Origin: Phormidesmis sp.
GTDB taxonomy: Bacteria; Cyanobacteriota; Cyanobacteriia; Leptolyngbyales; Leptolyngbyaceae
NCBI GenBank assembly: GCA_965248535.1
Contig: CBDFJR010000005.1
Coordinates: 672,001-736,000, forward strand
Direction of reading: 5' to 3'
Length of the DNA: 64,000 nt
The translations under genes were made by a program, and so were the position numbers. Below the pieces are notes generated by a model, which did no database searches, was not told where the DNA came from, and saw only the letters and a list, made by a program, of their open reading frames with translations. Position 1 is the stretch's first letter. Each line of letters starts with the position of its first letter. Positions 49,012 through 59,461 of this stretch are shown here, piece after piece.

Positions 49012-49545
49012 CTAACGGGCGATCGCAACTTCAGGGTGCAGGGGTTGGGTTGGTTGAGCCGCTTTTGTCAATCCCTGGACGGTCAGCACTGAGCAGGGCG
49101 CATGATGCAGCACATAATTGCTGACGCTGCCCAAAAAGAATTCACTCAGCCCAGAGCGACCCCGACGACCCACCATAATCAGGTCAGCGTTCCAGGTGTG
49201 AGCGATCTCGCAGATCGTGCGACCCGGATCGCCGAGATTTTGAGTAAATTCTGTGGGCACGCCAGACTCGATCGCTTGGCAACTCAGCGATCGCAATGCC
49301 TCCAAAGCTTGCTGCTCAAACTGATGCCACTGATTTACATAAATTTGCACAGTTTCACGATGCAGCCCTGGATAGATGCCGTCGATCGCCGGATAGATCG
49401 AGCCTGGATATTCTCCTTCAAAGGGAGATAACACTCGAAGCAGCATCAATGCAGCGTCGGTGGCTTTGGCAAGGGCAACGGCTTCGTCAAAGATTTTCTG
49501 ACTGCTATCAGAGTCATCCAGCGCAACTAGAATTTTGTGAAACAT
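49012..49545 (-). CDS. Universal stress protein
   Basis: MFHKILVALD, GDPGRTIC, ADLIMVGRRGRSGLSEFFLGSVSNYVLHHAPCSVL. Confidence 0.94.
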   Translation of the reverse strand: MFHKILVALDDSDSSQKIFDEAVALAKATDAALMLLRVLSPFEGEYPGSIYPAIDGIYPGLHRETVQIYVNQWHQFEQQALEALRSLSCQAIESGVPTEFTQNLGDPGRTICEIAHTWNADLIMVGRRGRSGLSEFFLGSVSNYVLHHAPCSVLTVQGLTKAAQPTQPLHPEVAIAR

Positions 49546-49758
49546 AAAGCTTCTATGCTCCATCAGCGAAGAAATAGGGTCTCTATCACTAGATATAGAG
49601 AAACAAGTTGAGAAACTTGTGAGGATGGCTAATAAACTCAAGTCCGATCGATTCAGCCAAACCGCCTGCAATAATCTCTCTTTAGTACGAGGTAAAGGTG
49701 TAACGACTTTGAAATGATCAACGCATAAGATAACCCAAAGTCGAATCCCGGTATAAAA

Positions 49759-50148
49759 ATGAATAGTCTGTTTCCTGACACGTCAAAACCCGACCACATT
49801 TTGGTGGTTGACGACGTTGCTGATAATTCCTTCTTGCTGCAAGTGCTTTTAGAAGATGAGGGCTATCAGGTCGAAGTGGCTGATAGTGGCTCTGATGCCC
49901 TCGCCAAAATCGAGCTAGATCCCCCCAAACTAGTGTTGCTTGATGTGATGATGCCAGGCATGAATGGCTATGAAGTGGCCCAACAGATTCGCGAGAATGT
50001 CGATCTGCCGTTTATTCCGATCGTGATGGTGACAGGGCACGACCAGCTATCGATCTCTGAAGAGATGCAAGTAGATGGCTTTTTGAGAAAGCCGATCGAG
50101 TTCGATCAGCTTTTATCTAAAATCCACTCTATTTTGCAGCGCCATTGA
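49759..50148 (+). CDS. Single-domain response regulator (receiver)
   Basis: ILVVDD, LLDVMMPGMNG, VTG, KPI. Confidence 0.93.
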   Translation: MNSLFPDTSKPDHILVVDDVADNSFLLQVLLEDEGYQVEVADSGSDALAKIELDPPKLVLLDVMMPGMNGYEVAQQIRENVDLPFIPIVMVTGHDQLSISEEMQVDGFLRKPIEFDQLLSKIHSILQRH

Positions 50149-50255
50149 TCCACGCTATTCATTCAGCAGAGACTTAAACGGCTGAGGATCGTTAAACCCT
50201 CAGCCTATATGTAACTTAATTGACGGTTTGTTAAGGGCAAGTTATCTTAAGCTCT

Positions 50256-50825
50256 TTAACAGGCAACGGCTGTGGGTGCAAACAGAGCCGCCTCGACTCT
50301 ACTGAGAGCTTCCTCAAAGTTATCGTTGACGATTTGAATATCAAACTCGCTAGCGGCTCTGACCTCCTCACGAGCGTGAATCAACCGACGAAGGATGGCC
50401 TCTTCTGAGTCTTGGGCCCGTCCGCGGATGCGGTTTTCTAGCTCATTTAGTGACGGGGGAAGGATAAACATTCGCAGAGCGCTAGGAAACGTCTTACGAA
50501 TCTGTCGTGCGCCATCTAGCTCGATTTCTAAAATGACCCACTTGCCCTCCTGGATTTTTTCTTCGACGGCTCTGCGAGGCGTGCCATAGCAGTTGCCTGC
50601 AAACTCTGCCCACTCAAGCAGTTCACCTTGAGCGACCATTCGTTCAAATTGAGGGCGGCTGACAAAATAATAGTTTTGCCCCTCGATTTCGCCACTGCGG
50701 GGGGGGCGGGTGGTAACCGAAATCGACACATAAAGGTCAGGGTGTCGCTGAAGGAGCGATCGTAGCAAGGTTCCTTTGCCGACCCCGCTGGGCCCCGTTA
50801 ATACAATCAATCTGCCCTTGCCCAT
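50256..50825 (-). CDS. gmk: Guanylate kinase
   Basis: [40 protein letters not shown]. Confidence 0.97.
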   Translation of the reverse strand: MGKGRLIVLTGPSGVGKGTLLRSLLQRHPDLYVSISVTTRPPRSGEIEGQNYYFVSRPQFERMVAQGELLEWAEFAGNCYGTPRRAVEEKIQEGKWVILEIELDGARQIRKTFPSALRMFILPPSLNELENRIRGRAQDSEEAILRRLIHAREEVRAASEFDIQIVNDNFEEALSRVEAALFAPTAVAC

Positions 50826-50950
50826 GATGCTCTGCCTCAAATTGATTAGCGCTAAGTATTCCCAATGCGGCTGATTAAGTGAGTATAGCTTGCAATCAGT
50901 AAGGGTGATGGAGAAAGGGCAAACGTGAAGGAAAGTTTTATCATTGGCGG

Positions 50951-51217
50951 TTACCCATCTTCATGAGCATCTTTGCTCAAAACAAATCGATTGGCAACCG
51001 TCTCTGGCTGAATTGCTGACAAAATCACATGGCCAGAGTCGGCAATGATCACAGCCCGGGTGCGTCTGCCATAGGTGGCATCGATCAGTTTCTTCTCGTC
51101 TCTGGCATCCGTGATGATACGCTTAATGGGGGCAGATTCTGGGCTAACGATCGCCACAACTCGACTGGCGGACACAATATTACCAAATCCGATATTGATC
51201 AGTTTAATGTCCGTCAT
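50951..51217 (-). CDS. remA: RemA/DUF370 family protein
   Basis: [28 protein letters not shown]...[13 protein letters not shown]...SAIQPET; upstream of gmk. Confidence 0.93.
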   Translation of the reverse strand: MTDIKLINIGFGNIVSASRVVAIVSPESAPIKRIITDARDEKKLIDATYGRRTRAVIIADSGHVILSAIQPETVANRFVLSKDAHEDG

Positions 51218-51381
51218 AAAGAACTGCCTCAGTAAATCGGCAATCGATCGAAGAATCGTTTTTCATCGTAGCTATAAAAAAATTTTGCAACAAGGTGAAC
51301 CCTAACTTAAAACGGAGGAAATTCACCGTTCTCACGCTTATGCTTTAACTCAATCACTCTAACTCTCTACTAAAAAATTCC

Positions 51382-53139
51382 TTGCAACCCGTTGACTTCA
51401 CCACCCTCACAGCACTCTGCGGTGAACTTCGCACGACCTGGCTTCCGGCTCGGCTCGAACAGGTTTATCAGCGCGATCGCTTTACAATTTGTCTAGCCCT
51501 TCGCACCTTAGACAAACGCAGTTGGCTGACGGTTTCTTGGCATCCGCAAGCTGCTCGACTCAGCATTAGCGATCCGCCCCCTCGCGCCCCTGACACCTTT
51601 ACCTTTAGTCAACAGTTAATTCACCAATTGGGGGGGCTGGCCTTGGTAGCGATCGAGCCAGTCTCGCCTTGGGAGCGAGCCATCGATTTACAGTTTTCTC
51701 GCCGCCCCGGAGACCCGGCCCTATGGCATCTCTATGTTGAGATCATGGGCAAATATAGCAATGTGATTTTGGCTAATCGAGACAATCTGATTGTGACGGC
51801 GGCTCATCAGGTCAGTTCTAATCAGTCGAGCATTCGCCCGATTCAAACCGGGCAGCCCTATGCATTGCCGCCTGCGCTGACCGATCCCGCTCCAACCTTG
51901 AGTGAGACTCAAGAAATGTGGCGATCGCGGGTGAGTCTCATCCCTGGTGCCCTGCGGCGAAACCTGATCAAAAGCTATCGCGGTCTCAGTTCTGCGCTGC
52001 TGCTGTCGATGTTAAGCGCCGCTCAACTCGATCCCGATTGCCTGACTGAGACCCTGACCGATTTAGACTGGCAGCGGTTGTTTGATTGCTGGCAAACTTG
52101 GCTCAAGACGCTAGAAGACGGTCACTTTAAACCCGGCTGGACGGCAGATGGCTATACTGTCATGGGTTGGCGCATGACTCAGCCCGTTGCCACGGTTGAA
52201 GAAGTGGTCGATCGCTACTATACCGATCACCTCAATCGCCAAGAATTTAGTCAACTGCGCCATCAGATTCGCCAGAAAATAGACACGATATTAAGCAAGC
52301 TGCGGGTTAAGGCTAATACCTTTTCGAGTCGGTTGGATCAGTCCGATCGGGCCGATCAATCCAAACAGCAGGCCGATTTATTAATGGCAAACCTGCACCA
52401 GTGGCAGCCCGGCATGAAAGCGATCGACCTAGCTGATTTTGAAACCGAGCAGCCCGTGACAATTCCCTTAAATCCTGAAAAGAACGCCGTCCAAAACGCC
52501 CAAGCTCTCTATAAACGTCACCAAAAATTAAAGCGAACTCGGGCCGCGACCGAGCCTTTGTTAAATGCCGTACAGGATGAGATTGACTATCTAGAACAAG
52601 TTGAGGCCGCGATCGAGCAGTTCAACGACTATCAAACCTCAGAAGATTTAGAAGCGCTGGAAGAAATTCGCGAAGAACTGATTCAGCAGACTTATTTAGA
52701 GGGGTCAGACTATCGCAAAGCGTCGAGCAAAGACGATGCGGCGAGTCAGCCTCACCAGTTCAAAACACCGAGCGGCTTTGAGCTATTAGTTGGGCGCAAC
52801 AATCGACAGAACGATCGCTTAACATTCCGGCAAGCCAATGATTATGATCTCTGGTTTCACACTCAGGAGATTCCGGGCAGTCACGTCCTGCTGCGCCTAG
52901 AGCCTGGGGCGGCTGCCGATGAAGCTGATCTACAATTTGTGGCTGACATCGCGGCTTACTATAGTCGAGCGCGGCAGAGTGAGCAGGTTCCTGTGGTTTA
53001 TACAGAGCCTCGCCATGTCTATAAGCCAAAAGGCGCTAAACCCGGCATCGCTATCTATAAACAAGAGCGCATTATTTGGGGTCAACCTCAACGCGCTAGC
53101 CGATATATCGCTCAATCTGTCCTCGATCTTGCCCGGTGA
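51382..53139 (+). CDS. rqcH: Ribosome quality-control protein RqcH (NFACT/FbpA family)
   Basis: MQPVDFTTL, EIMGKYSNVIL, NAQALYKRHQKLKR, VGRNNRQND, WFHTQEIPGSHV, KPKGAKPG. Confidence 0.93.
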   Translation: MQPVDFTTLTALCGELRTTWLPARLEQVYQRDRFTICLALRTLDKRSWLTVSWHPQAARLSISDPPPRAPDTFTFSQQLIHQLGGLALVAIEPVSPWERAIDLQFSRRPGDPALWHLYVEIMGKYSNVILANRDNLIVTAAHQVSSNQSSIRPIQTGQPYALPPALTDPAPTLSETQEMWRSRVSLIPGALRRNLIKSYRGLSSALLLSMLSAAQLDPDCLTETLTDLDWQRLFDCWQTWLKTLEDGHFKPGWTADGYTVMGWRMTQPVATVEEVVDRYYTDHLNRQEFSQLRHQIRQKIDTILSKLRVKANTFSSRLDQSDRADQSKQQADLLMANLHQWQPGMKAIDLADFETEQPVTIPLNPEKNAVQNAQALYKRHQKLKRTRAATEPLLNAVQDEIDYLEQVEAAIEQFNDYQTSEDLEALEEIREELIQQTYLEGSDYRKASSKDDAASQPHQFKTPSGFELLVGRNNRQNDRLTFRQANDYDLWFHTQEIPGSHVLLRLEPGAAADEADLQFVADIAAYYSRARQSEQVPVVYTEPRHVYKPKGAKPGIAIYKQERIIWGQPQRASRYIAQSVLDLAR

Positions 53140-53244
53140 TCGCTTCAAATTGATTAGACTCTCCATCTATCATCAGAAATAAATATGTCATGAACCTATG
53201 AAGTTTCGTGACAAAACGTTTGTGTATGTTGTTACAATATTGGG

Positions 53245-53368
53245 CGAACAGGGCTTAATGACCCTACAGACCCGCTGCATGTTTGGGAACGCGCAGTTCG
53301 GTTTTCTCCAATGTCAAACAACAACAGGTTGATTTTTAGCCAGCTTCTAATAAAGCTGGCTATTTTTT
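53245..53368 (+). ncRNA. Candidate trans-acting sRNA, PsrR1 (SyR1)-like
   Basis: Extended -10 TGTTACAAT (53230-53238), no ORF, anti-SD-like GGTTTTCTCC (53300-53309), strong terminator TAGCCAGCTT-CTAATA-AAGCTGGCTA-TTTTTT. The PsrR1 resemblance is from memory. Confidence 0.55.
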
Positions 53369-53483
53369 ACCCGCATGTTACTTATCGGCGATTTTGCAGC
53401 GCTGTCGTGATTTAGAGATCAATTATGCTCTGAATAATAATTAACTTTTTTGTGGGTCAGCGATTTGCGATATGATTCAGTCC

Positions 53484-54876
53484 GTGACATCTCCAGACGC
53501 TCATTGCTTCGCAATAGCGCGCTGGCTTCTCGGCTTCGCAACCGAGCTTTCCTGCTTCATCGGGGTTCCCAAGCAACCTTCCTCCACAGGCAGTATCACC
53601 GTTTGCCCAACGGCTACAAGTCCACGCTGCATCACCACTTGGGCGGCAGCTACATCTCGGTCAGTGACATATCCACACTCACCACACTCATGCACACGCT
53701 GACTCAGTTCTTTCTTTCCGGTCTGCGCTCCACAGTTGGGGCAAGTCTGACTTGTCCCGTTGGGGTCTACTTTGGCAAAGAATACCCCTCGCTTCCAACT
53801 CACCCATTTGAGAATGTCAAGGAAGCTCCCCCACGCAGCGTCCAAGCAGTGTTTTGCCAACATCCCTCGACTCATCATTTTGAAGTTGAGGTCTTCAGCA
53901 AAGATCATCCCGACCTGATCACAAAGTTGGTGAGCCGTTTGAAAGTGGAACTCTCGCCTGGTGTCGTGAATATGTTCGTGCAGAGTGCGAATCTTGGCTT
54001 GAATCTTGCGGTAGTTCGCAGAGCCTTTCTTTTTGTTTCTGAGTTTGCGTTGCAGCCATTTCAGCTTGCCTTGCAAGTCCACAAAAAAGCGGGGTCGTTG
54101 AATCAACGCTCCGGTCGAAACCGCCAAGAACTTTTCCAAACCCAAATCAATGCCGATGGGTTCCCCATGGGGCAGGATGTCGGGCACTTGAACATTGCAT
54201 TGCAGAATCCGTTGGGCGTACCAGCCCGACGCTTTCTTCACCACTCTGACCTGCTTCACCTCAAATCCATCGGGAATCGGGCGGTGCAGATTGATCGGGA
54301 TGTCCCCAAGCTTCGGCAACTTGATGCAGTTCCTGCTGACGGGATGCGCTTTGAATTGCGGAAACACAACCGAGCGATACTGCCCAAACTTCTTGAAGCG
54401 TGGGAACCCAAAATCCCGCTCTTTCATGAACTTGAAGGCTTTATCGACTCGGCGCAGCGCGTCTTGCAGCACTTGAGACTGAACTTGTTTGAGTTCAGGA
54501 ATCTCGTTCTTGGCTTGAGTCAGCGCGTTCTGTTGCTTGTAGTAATCGGGGTACGGCACATCTGCGGGAAGGATGTATTCTGCTCTGATGCCGCAAGCGT
54601 TGACCGCACATTTACGCGAATTGATCCAGTCTTTGCGCTCTCGCAAGGCGTAGTTGTAGACCTTTCTACACTGCTCCATCCAAGACAGCATTTCGGCTGA
54701 TTGGGTGAGGTCTGGATAAATTCGGTAGCTGTAGGTCAGACTCAACATTCCAATAATTTAACAGGTTTAGACATTCTGTTAAATGCTCTGAGAGAGGGCT
54801 TCTTCGCTTCGCTCAGGCGCTTGGGATGTCCATGTATCAAGGGCGCTGAACGGAGTCCCGTTACAGCGCGGGACTT
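53484..54876 (-). mobile_element. IS200/IS605-family element, tnpB-only (IS1341-like)
   Basis: Left-end hairpin GCGCTG-T-AACGG-GACT-CCGTT-CAGCGC (54843-54869). Right-end hairpin (53498-53519) followed by terminal TCAC (53484-53487, minus strand). No tnpA. Confidence 0.85.
53501..54748 (-). CDS. tnpB: TnpB RNA-guided endonuclease
   Basis: YSYRIYP...CRKVYNYAL (HTH), GFPRFKK, RuvC IGIDLG / AEDL / DRDVAAA, Zn finger CPNC...CGEC. Confidence 0.96.
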   Translation of the reverse strand: MLSLTYSYRIYPDLTQSAEMLSWMEQCRKVYNYALRERKDWINSRKCAVNACGIRAEYILPADVPYPDYYKQQNALTQAKNEIPELKQVQSQVLQDALRRVDKAFKFMKERDFGFPRFKKFGQYRSVVFPQFKAHPVSRNCIKLPKLGDIPINLHRPIPDGFEVKQVRVVKKASGWYAQRILQCNVQVPDILPHGEPIGIDLGLEKFLAVSTGALIQRPRFFVDLQGKLKWLQRKLRNKKKGSANYRKIQAKIRTLHEHIHDTRREFHFQTAHQLCDQVGMIFAEDLNFKMMSRGMLAKHCLDAAWGSFLDILKWVSWKRGVFFAKVDPNGTSQTCPNCGAQTGKKELSQRVHECGECGYVTDRDVAAAQVVMQRGLVAVGQTVILPVEEGCLGTPMKQESSVAKPRSQRAIAKQ

Positions 54877-54929
54877 ATAGCCTCCCAAATCCACCTTTGG
54901 TTAAGCGCGATCGCGCCTCCTAAACCCCT

Positions 54930-56075
54930 GTGAAACCCAACTATGCCCTCGTCCATGAATGGCTCACGCCCAAAGCAACAGGTGGGTCAGAGCTGGTGGT
55001 GCGAGAAATTCTCAAGCACATTGATGCCGATCTCTACGCGCTGATTGATTTTGAGTCGGTAAATCCCAACAGCTATCTCTACCAGCGTAAAATTGGCACC
55101 ACGTTTCTTCAGCACTTTCCCTTTGCCCAAAGCGGAGTGCAAAAATATTTGCCTCTTTTGCCCATCGCGATCGAGCAACTTGACCTGCGTCACTATGACG
55201 TGATTCTGTCGTCGTCTCATGCAGTGGCCAAAGGGGTGCTGACCGCGCCTCACCAGATGCACGTCTGCTATTGTCACACTCCCATGCGCTATGCGTGGGA
55301 TCTCACCTTTGACTATCTCCGCAGCAGCCGCGTGGGCCGAGGAATGCCGGGGGTATTGACCCGCTATTTGCTCCACGAGTTGCGCCAGTGGGATGTGCTG
55401 TCGGCTAACCGAGTCGATTATTTTGTCGCCAATTCCAGAAACACAGCCCGCCGCATCTGGCGATATTATCGTCGCCCAGCAGAGGTGATCTATCCGCCTG
55501 TGGAGGTCGATCGCTTCCCCTTCCAAGCGGATAAACAAGATTTTTACGTGACTGTTTCTCGATTAGTCAGCTATAAAAAAATCGCTCTGATCGTGCAGGC
55601 GTTTAATCAACTGGGGCTGCCCCTAGTTGTGATTGGCGGTGGCTCAGAGTTATCGCAGATTCAGCAACTCGCAAAACCCAATGTGCAGGTTTTGGGGTGG
55701 CAACCCGATGCGGTGGTTGAGCAATATATGGCGCAAGCAAAAGCTTTTGTCTATGCTGCTTATGAAGATTTTGGCATAGCCCCCGTTGAGGCCCAAGCCT
55801 GCGGAACCCCGGTGATCGCTTATGGGGCGGGGGGCACGTTAGAGACCGTGAGAGATTTACGTCACGACCAAAGTCAGGGAACCGGAATTTTGTTTCCTGA
55901 GCAAACTGAGGCGGCGATCGTCGAAGCGGTAAAATTTTTTGAGCAGCATCAAAAAAAGATTGACCCCGAAATCTTGCACACTCACGCCCTCTCGTTCCAC
56001 CCCAAAGTCTTTCAACAGCGTTATTTAGGGTTTCTGGAACAGTCTTATCAAGAATTTCTGACTAAAAATTCTTAA
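54930..56075 (+). CDS. Glycosyltransferase family 4
   Basis: ALVHEWL...GGSE, CYCHTPMRYAWD, EDFGIAPVEAQACGTPVIA. Confidence 0.94.
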   Translation: MKPNYALVHEWLTPKATGGSELVVREILKHIDADLYALIDFESVNPNSYLYQRKIGTTFLQHFPFAQSGVQKYLPLLPIAIEQLDLRHYDVILSSSHAVAKGVLTAPHQMHVCYCHTPMRYAWDLTFDYLRSSRVGRGMPGVLTRYLLHELRQWDVLSANRVDYFVANSRNTARRIWRYYRRPAEVIYPPVEVDRFPFQADKQDFYVTVSRLVSYKKIALIVQAFNQLGLPLVVIGGGSELSQIQQLAKPNVQVLGWQPDAVVEQYMAQAKAFVYAAYEDFGIAPVEAQACGTPVIAYGAGGTLETVRDLRHDQSQGTGILFPEQTEAAIVEAVKFFEQHQKKIDPEILHTHALSFHPKVFQQRYLGFLEQSYQEFLTKNS

Positions 56076-56201
56076 TCATTTTTTACGGTTCCCCGTTCTA
56101 CCAAGGAAGATTGCTCATTTACTTGGGAGCAAAAACGTCTCATAAGCAGTCTATGGCTTTATGATCAGGACTGTGTGTGGTGTGGAATTGTAAGGAGTAA
56201 G

Positions 56202-56906
56202 ATGACTGCCGAAAGCCAACTCATCTCCGGTAAGCTGATTCGGGCATTCGTAAAGCGGGGGATACGGTCAGTTATTCCCCAAGCACTAGATAAGAAACTC
56301 TCTAAGCGGTTATTTGACATTGGGTTTTCCCTCGCAGTTTTGATTCTCTTCTCTCCGGTTTATCTGCTCATCGGGTTACTGATTGCCTTCAGTTCATCAG
56401 GCCCTATTTTTTATGTGCAAGAACGGGTCGGCAAGAATTACAAGCGCTTTGGCTGCATCAAATTTAGAACAATGGTCGTCAACGCTGATGATTTATTGAT
56501 GGAGATGATTGAGACTTCTCCTCAGTTGAGGCAAGAATTTGAGGATAATTTTAAGCTCAAATACGATCCTCGAATTACCTGGATTGGCCATGTTTTGAGG
56601 GTGACCAGCCTAGATGAGTTTCCCCAATTTTGGAACGTTTTGATGGGGGACATGAGTGTGGTTGGCCCGCGTCCGTTGGTGGTGGAAGAGCTACCTCGAT
56701 ATGGAAGCCACATTGACAGAGTTTTGACGATCCGACCTGGCATTACAGGGTTGTGGCAAGTATCTGGACGGAATGATATTCCCTACCCGCAGCGGGTTCG
56801 GATGGATCTTTACTATGCAAACTCTAGACATTTTTGGATGGATTTGTGGATCGTGGTTAGAACGATCGGGGTCGTCATTTTCCCAAAAAATAACGGCGCT
56901 TACTAA
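56202..56906 (+). CDS. Polyprenyl-phosphate sugar phosphotransferase (Bac_transf, priming glycosyltransferase)
   Basis: KRLFDI, KFRTM, DPRIT, SLDEFPQFWNVLMGDMSVVGPRP, RPGITGLWQVSGR; AAGGAG RBS before ATG 56202. Confidence 0.94.
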   Translation: MTAESQLISGKLIRAFVKRGIRSVIPQALDKKLSKRLFDIGFSLAVLILFSPVYLLIGLLIAFSSSGPIFYVQERVGKNYKRFGCIKFRTMVVNADDLLMEMIETSPQLRQEFEDNFKLKYDPRITWIGHVLRVTSLDEFPQFWNVLMGDMSVVGPRPLVVEELPRYGSHIDRVLTIRPGITGLWQVSGRNDIPYPQRVRMDLYYANSRHFWMDLWIVVRTIGVVIFPKNNGAY

Positions 56907-57306
56907 CGTCTAGGGTGAGTTGGATTCTTGCCCCTCAGCCTCCTGTTTTGCGACGGCTGGGGGGCTATTTTGTGGCGGCTAAACACCCATCTTTTCGACC
57001 CTTCCGGATCGCCTCGGCGCGAAACGTATCTTCTAGCAGTGCATGGCCCCGCCTGACCCATGGGTGAAGCGGGTTGCCCAAAGACTAGGGTCTAGGATTT
57101 AAACTTCAGCAAAACTTCTCAAAAAATGAATCACTCCTTCATATTGAGATCAATCCTTTGCGGTAGGTTAGTTGTTGTTTGCTGCAATACCAGCGGGATT
57201 ACTAGGGGTGAAGTTTTAGAACCGATCGACGTTAGATTAGGCGCAAGCAGGCCAAGCATGATATTTGCCTAGCTTTTTAACTGTAGTTTCAGCAAGGAAA
57301 TGAGGA

Positions 57307-58386
57307 ATGACGCAGCGTAAGCGAGCACTGTTAACGGGTATCACAGGTCAAGACGGCTCTTATTTGAGTGAGTTGCTTTTAGAGCAGGGCTATGAGGTTC
57401 ATGGAATCATCCGCCGCACCTCGACTTTCAACACCGATCGCATCGATCACATCTACGAAGACCCTCACGTCGAAGGCGCACAGCTATTCCTCCACTATGG
57501 AGATCTCACAGATGGCACCACCCTGCGACGAATTATCGAAGAAGTTCAGCCTGTTGAAATCTATAACTTAGGTGCTCAATCTCACGTTCGCGTTAGTTTT
57601 GACTCTCCTGAATATACGGCTGACGCAGTGGGGATGGGAACATTGCGCTTGCTAGAGGCGATTCGTGACTATCAGCAACGCACGGGCATCGAGGTTCGCT
57701 TTTATCAAGCAGGCTCTTCTGAGATGTTTGGCAAAGTGCAAGAAGTTCCTCAAGTTGAAACCACTCCGTTCTATCCTCGTAGCCCCTATGCCTGCGCCAA
57801 GGTCTATGCACACTGGCAAACGGTGAACTACCGCGAATCCTATGATCTGTTCGCGTCTAATGGCATCTTGTTTAACCACGAGTCTCCTCGACGCGGTGAG
57901 ACCTTTGTGACTCGCAAAATCACACGAGCCGTGGCACGCATCGTGGCTGGAAAACAAAAGAAGCTCTTTTTGGGCAATCTAGACTCTAAGCGCGACTGGG
58001 GCTATGCCAAAGATTATGTGCGGGCCATGTGGCTGATGTTGCAACAAGATCAGCCCGATGATTATGTGGTTGCCACAGGCGAAACCCATGAAATTAAAGA
58101 ATTTTTAGACTTGGCGTTTGGCTATGTCAATCTCGATTGGCAAGACTATGTTGAGTTTGACGAGCGCTATCTGCGCCCTGCTGAGGTTGATCTGCTGATT
58201 GGCGACCCGACCAAAGCCAAACAAAAGCTAGGCTGGGAACCCTCAGTCACGTTTGAAGAACTCGTCCGTTTGATGGTCGAGGGCGATTTAGGCGCTTTAG
58301 GGATTCAGGTTGCTGGCACCAACCAACCTGCCCTTCAAGATCTGGCAACCGTTCGTGAAAATCTCGCCAGCAGTGTGTCGTTTTGA
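57307..58386 (+). CDS. gmd: GDP-mannose 4,6-dehydratase
   Basis: [53 protein letters not shown]. Confidence 0.98.
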   Translation: MTQRKRALLTGITGQDGSYLSELLLEQGYEVHGIIRRTSTFNTDRIDHIYEDPHVEGAQLFLHYGDLTDGTTLRRIIEEVQPVEIYNLGAQSHVRVSFDSPEYTADAVGMGTLRLLEAIRDYQQRTGIEVRFYQAGSSEMFGKVQEVPQVETTPFYPRSPYACAKVYAHWQTVNYRESYDLFASNGILFNHESPRRGETFVTRKITRAVARIVAGKQKKLFLGNLDSKRDWGYAKDYVRAMWLMLQQDQPDDYVVATGETHEIKEFLDLAFGYVNLDWQDYVEFDERYLRPAEVDLLIGDPTKAKQKLGWEPSVTFEELVRLMVEGDLGALGIQVAGTNQPALQDLATVRENLASSVSF

Positions 58387-58421
58387 GTTTGGGCACACTC
58401 TAACCAACCCCACAACCATAA

Positions 58422-59381
<960 letters not shown>

Positions 59382-59404
59382 ATTGACCACTTAAATTCTC
59401 GTGA

Positions 59405-59432
59405 AAGGGGGCGCTCTGTGGAGTGTCCCCTT
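59405..59432. terminator. Hairpin between convergent genes (probable terminator)
   Basis: AAGGGGGCGCTC-TGTG-GAGTGTCCCCTT. Confidence 0.55.
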
Positions 59433-59461
59433 CTCTAGTTTAAATGAAGCGCTTCCCTCAA

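Noticed and set aside
53450..54700. 416-aa plus-strand ORF
   Set aside because: Antisense shadow of tnpB with no recognisable motif or RBS.
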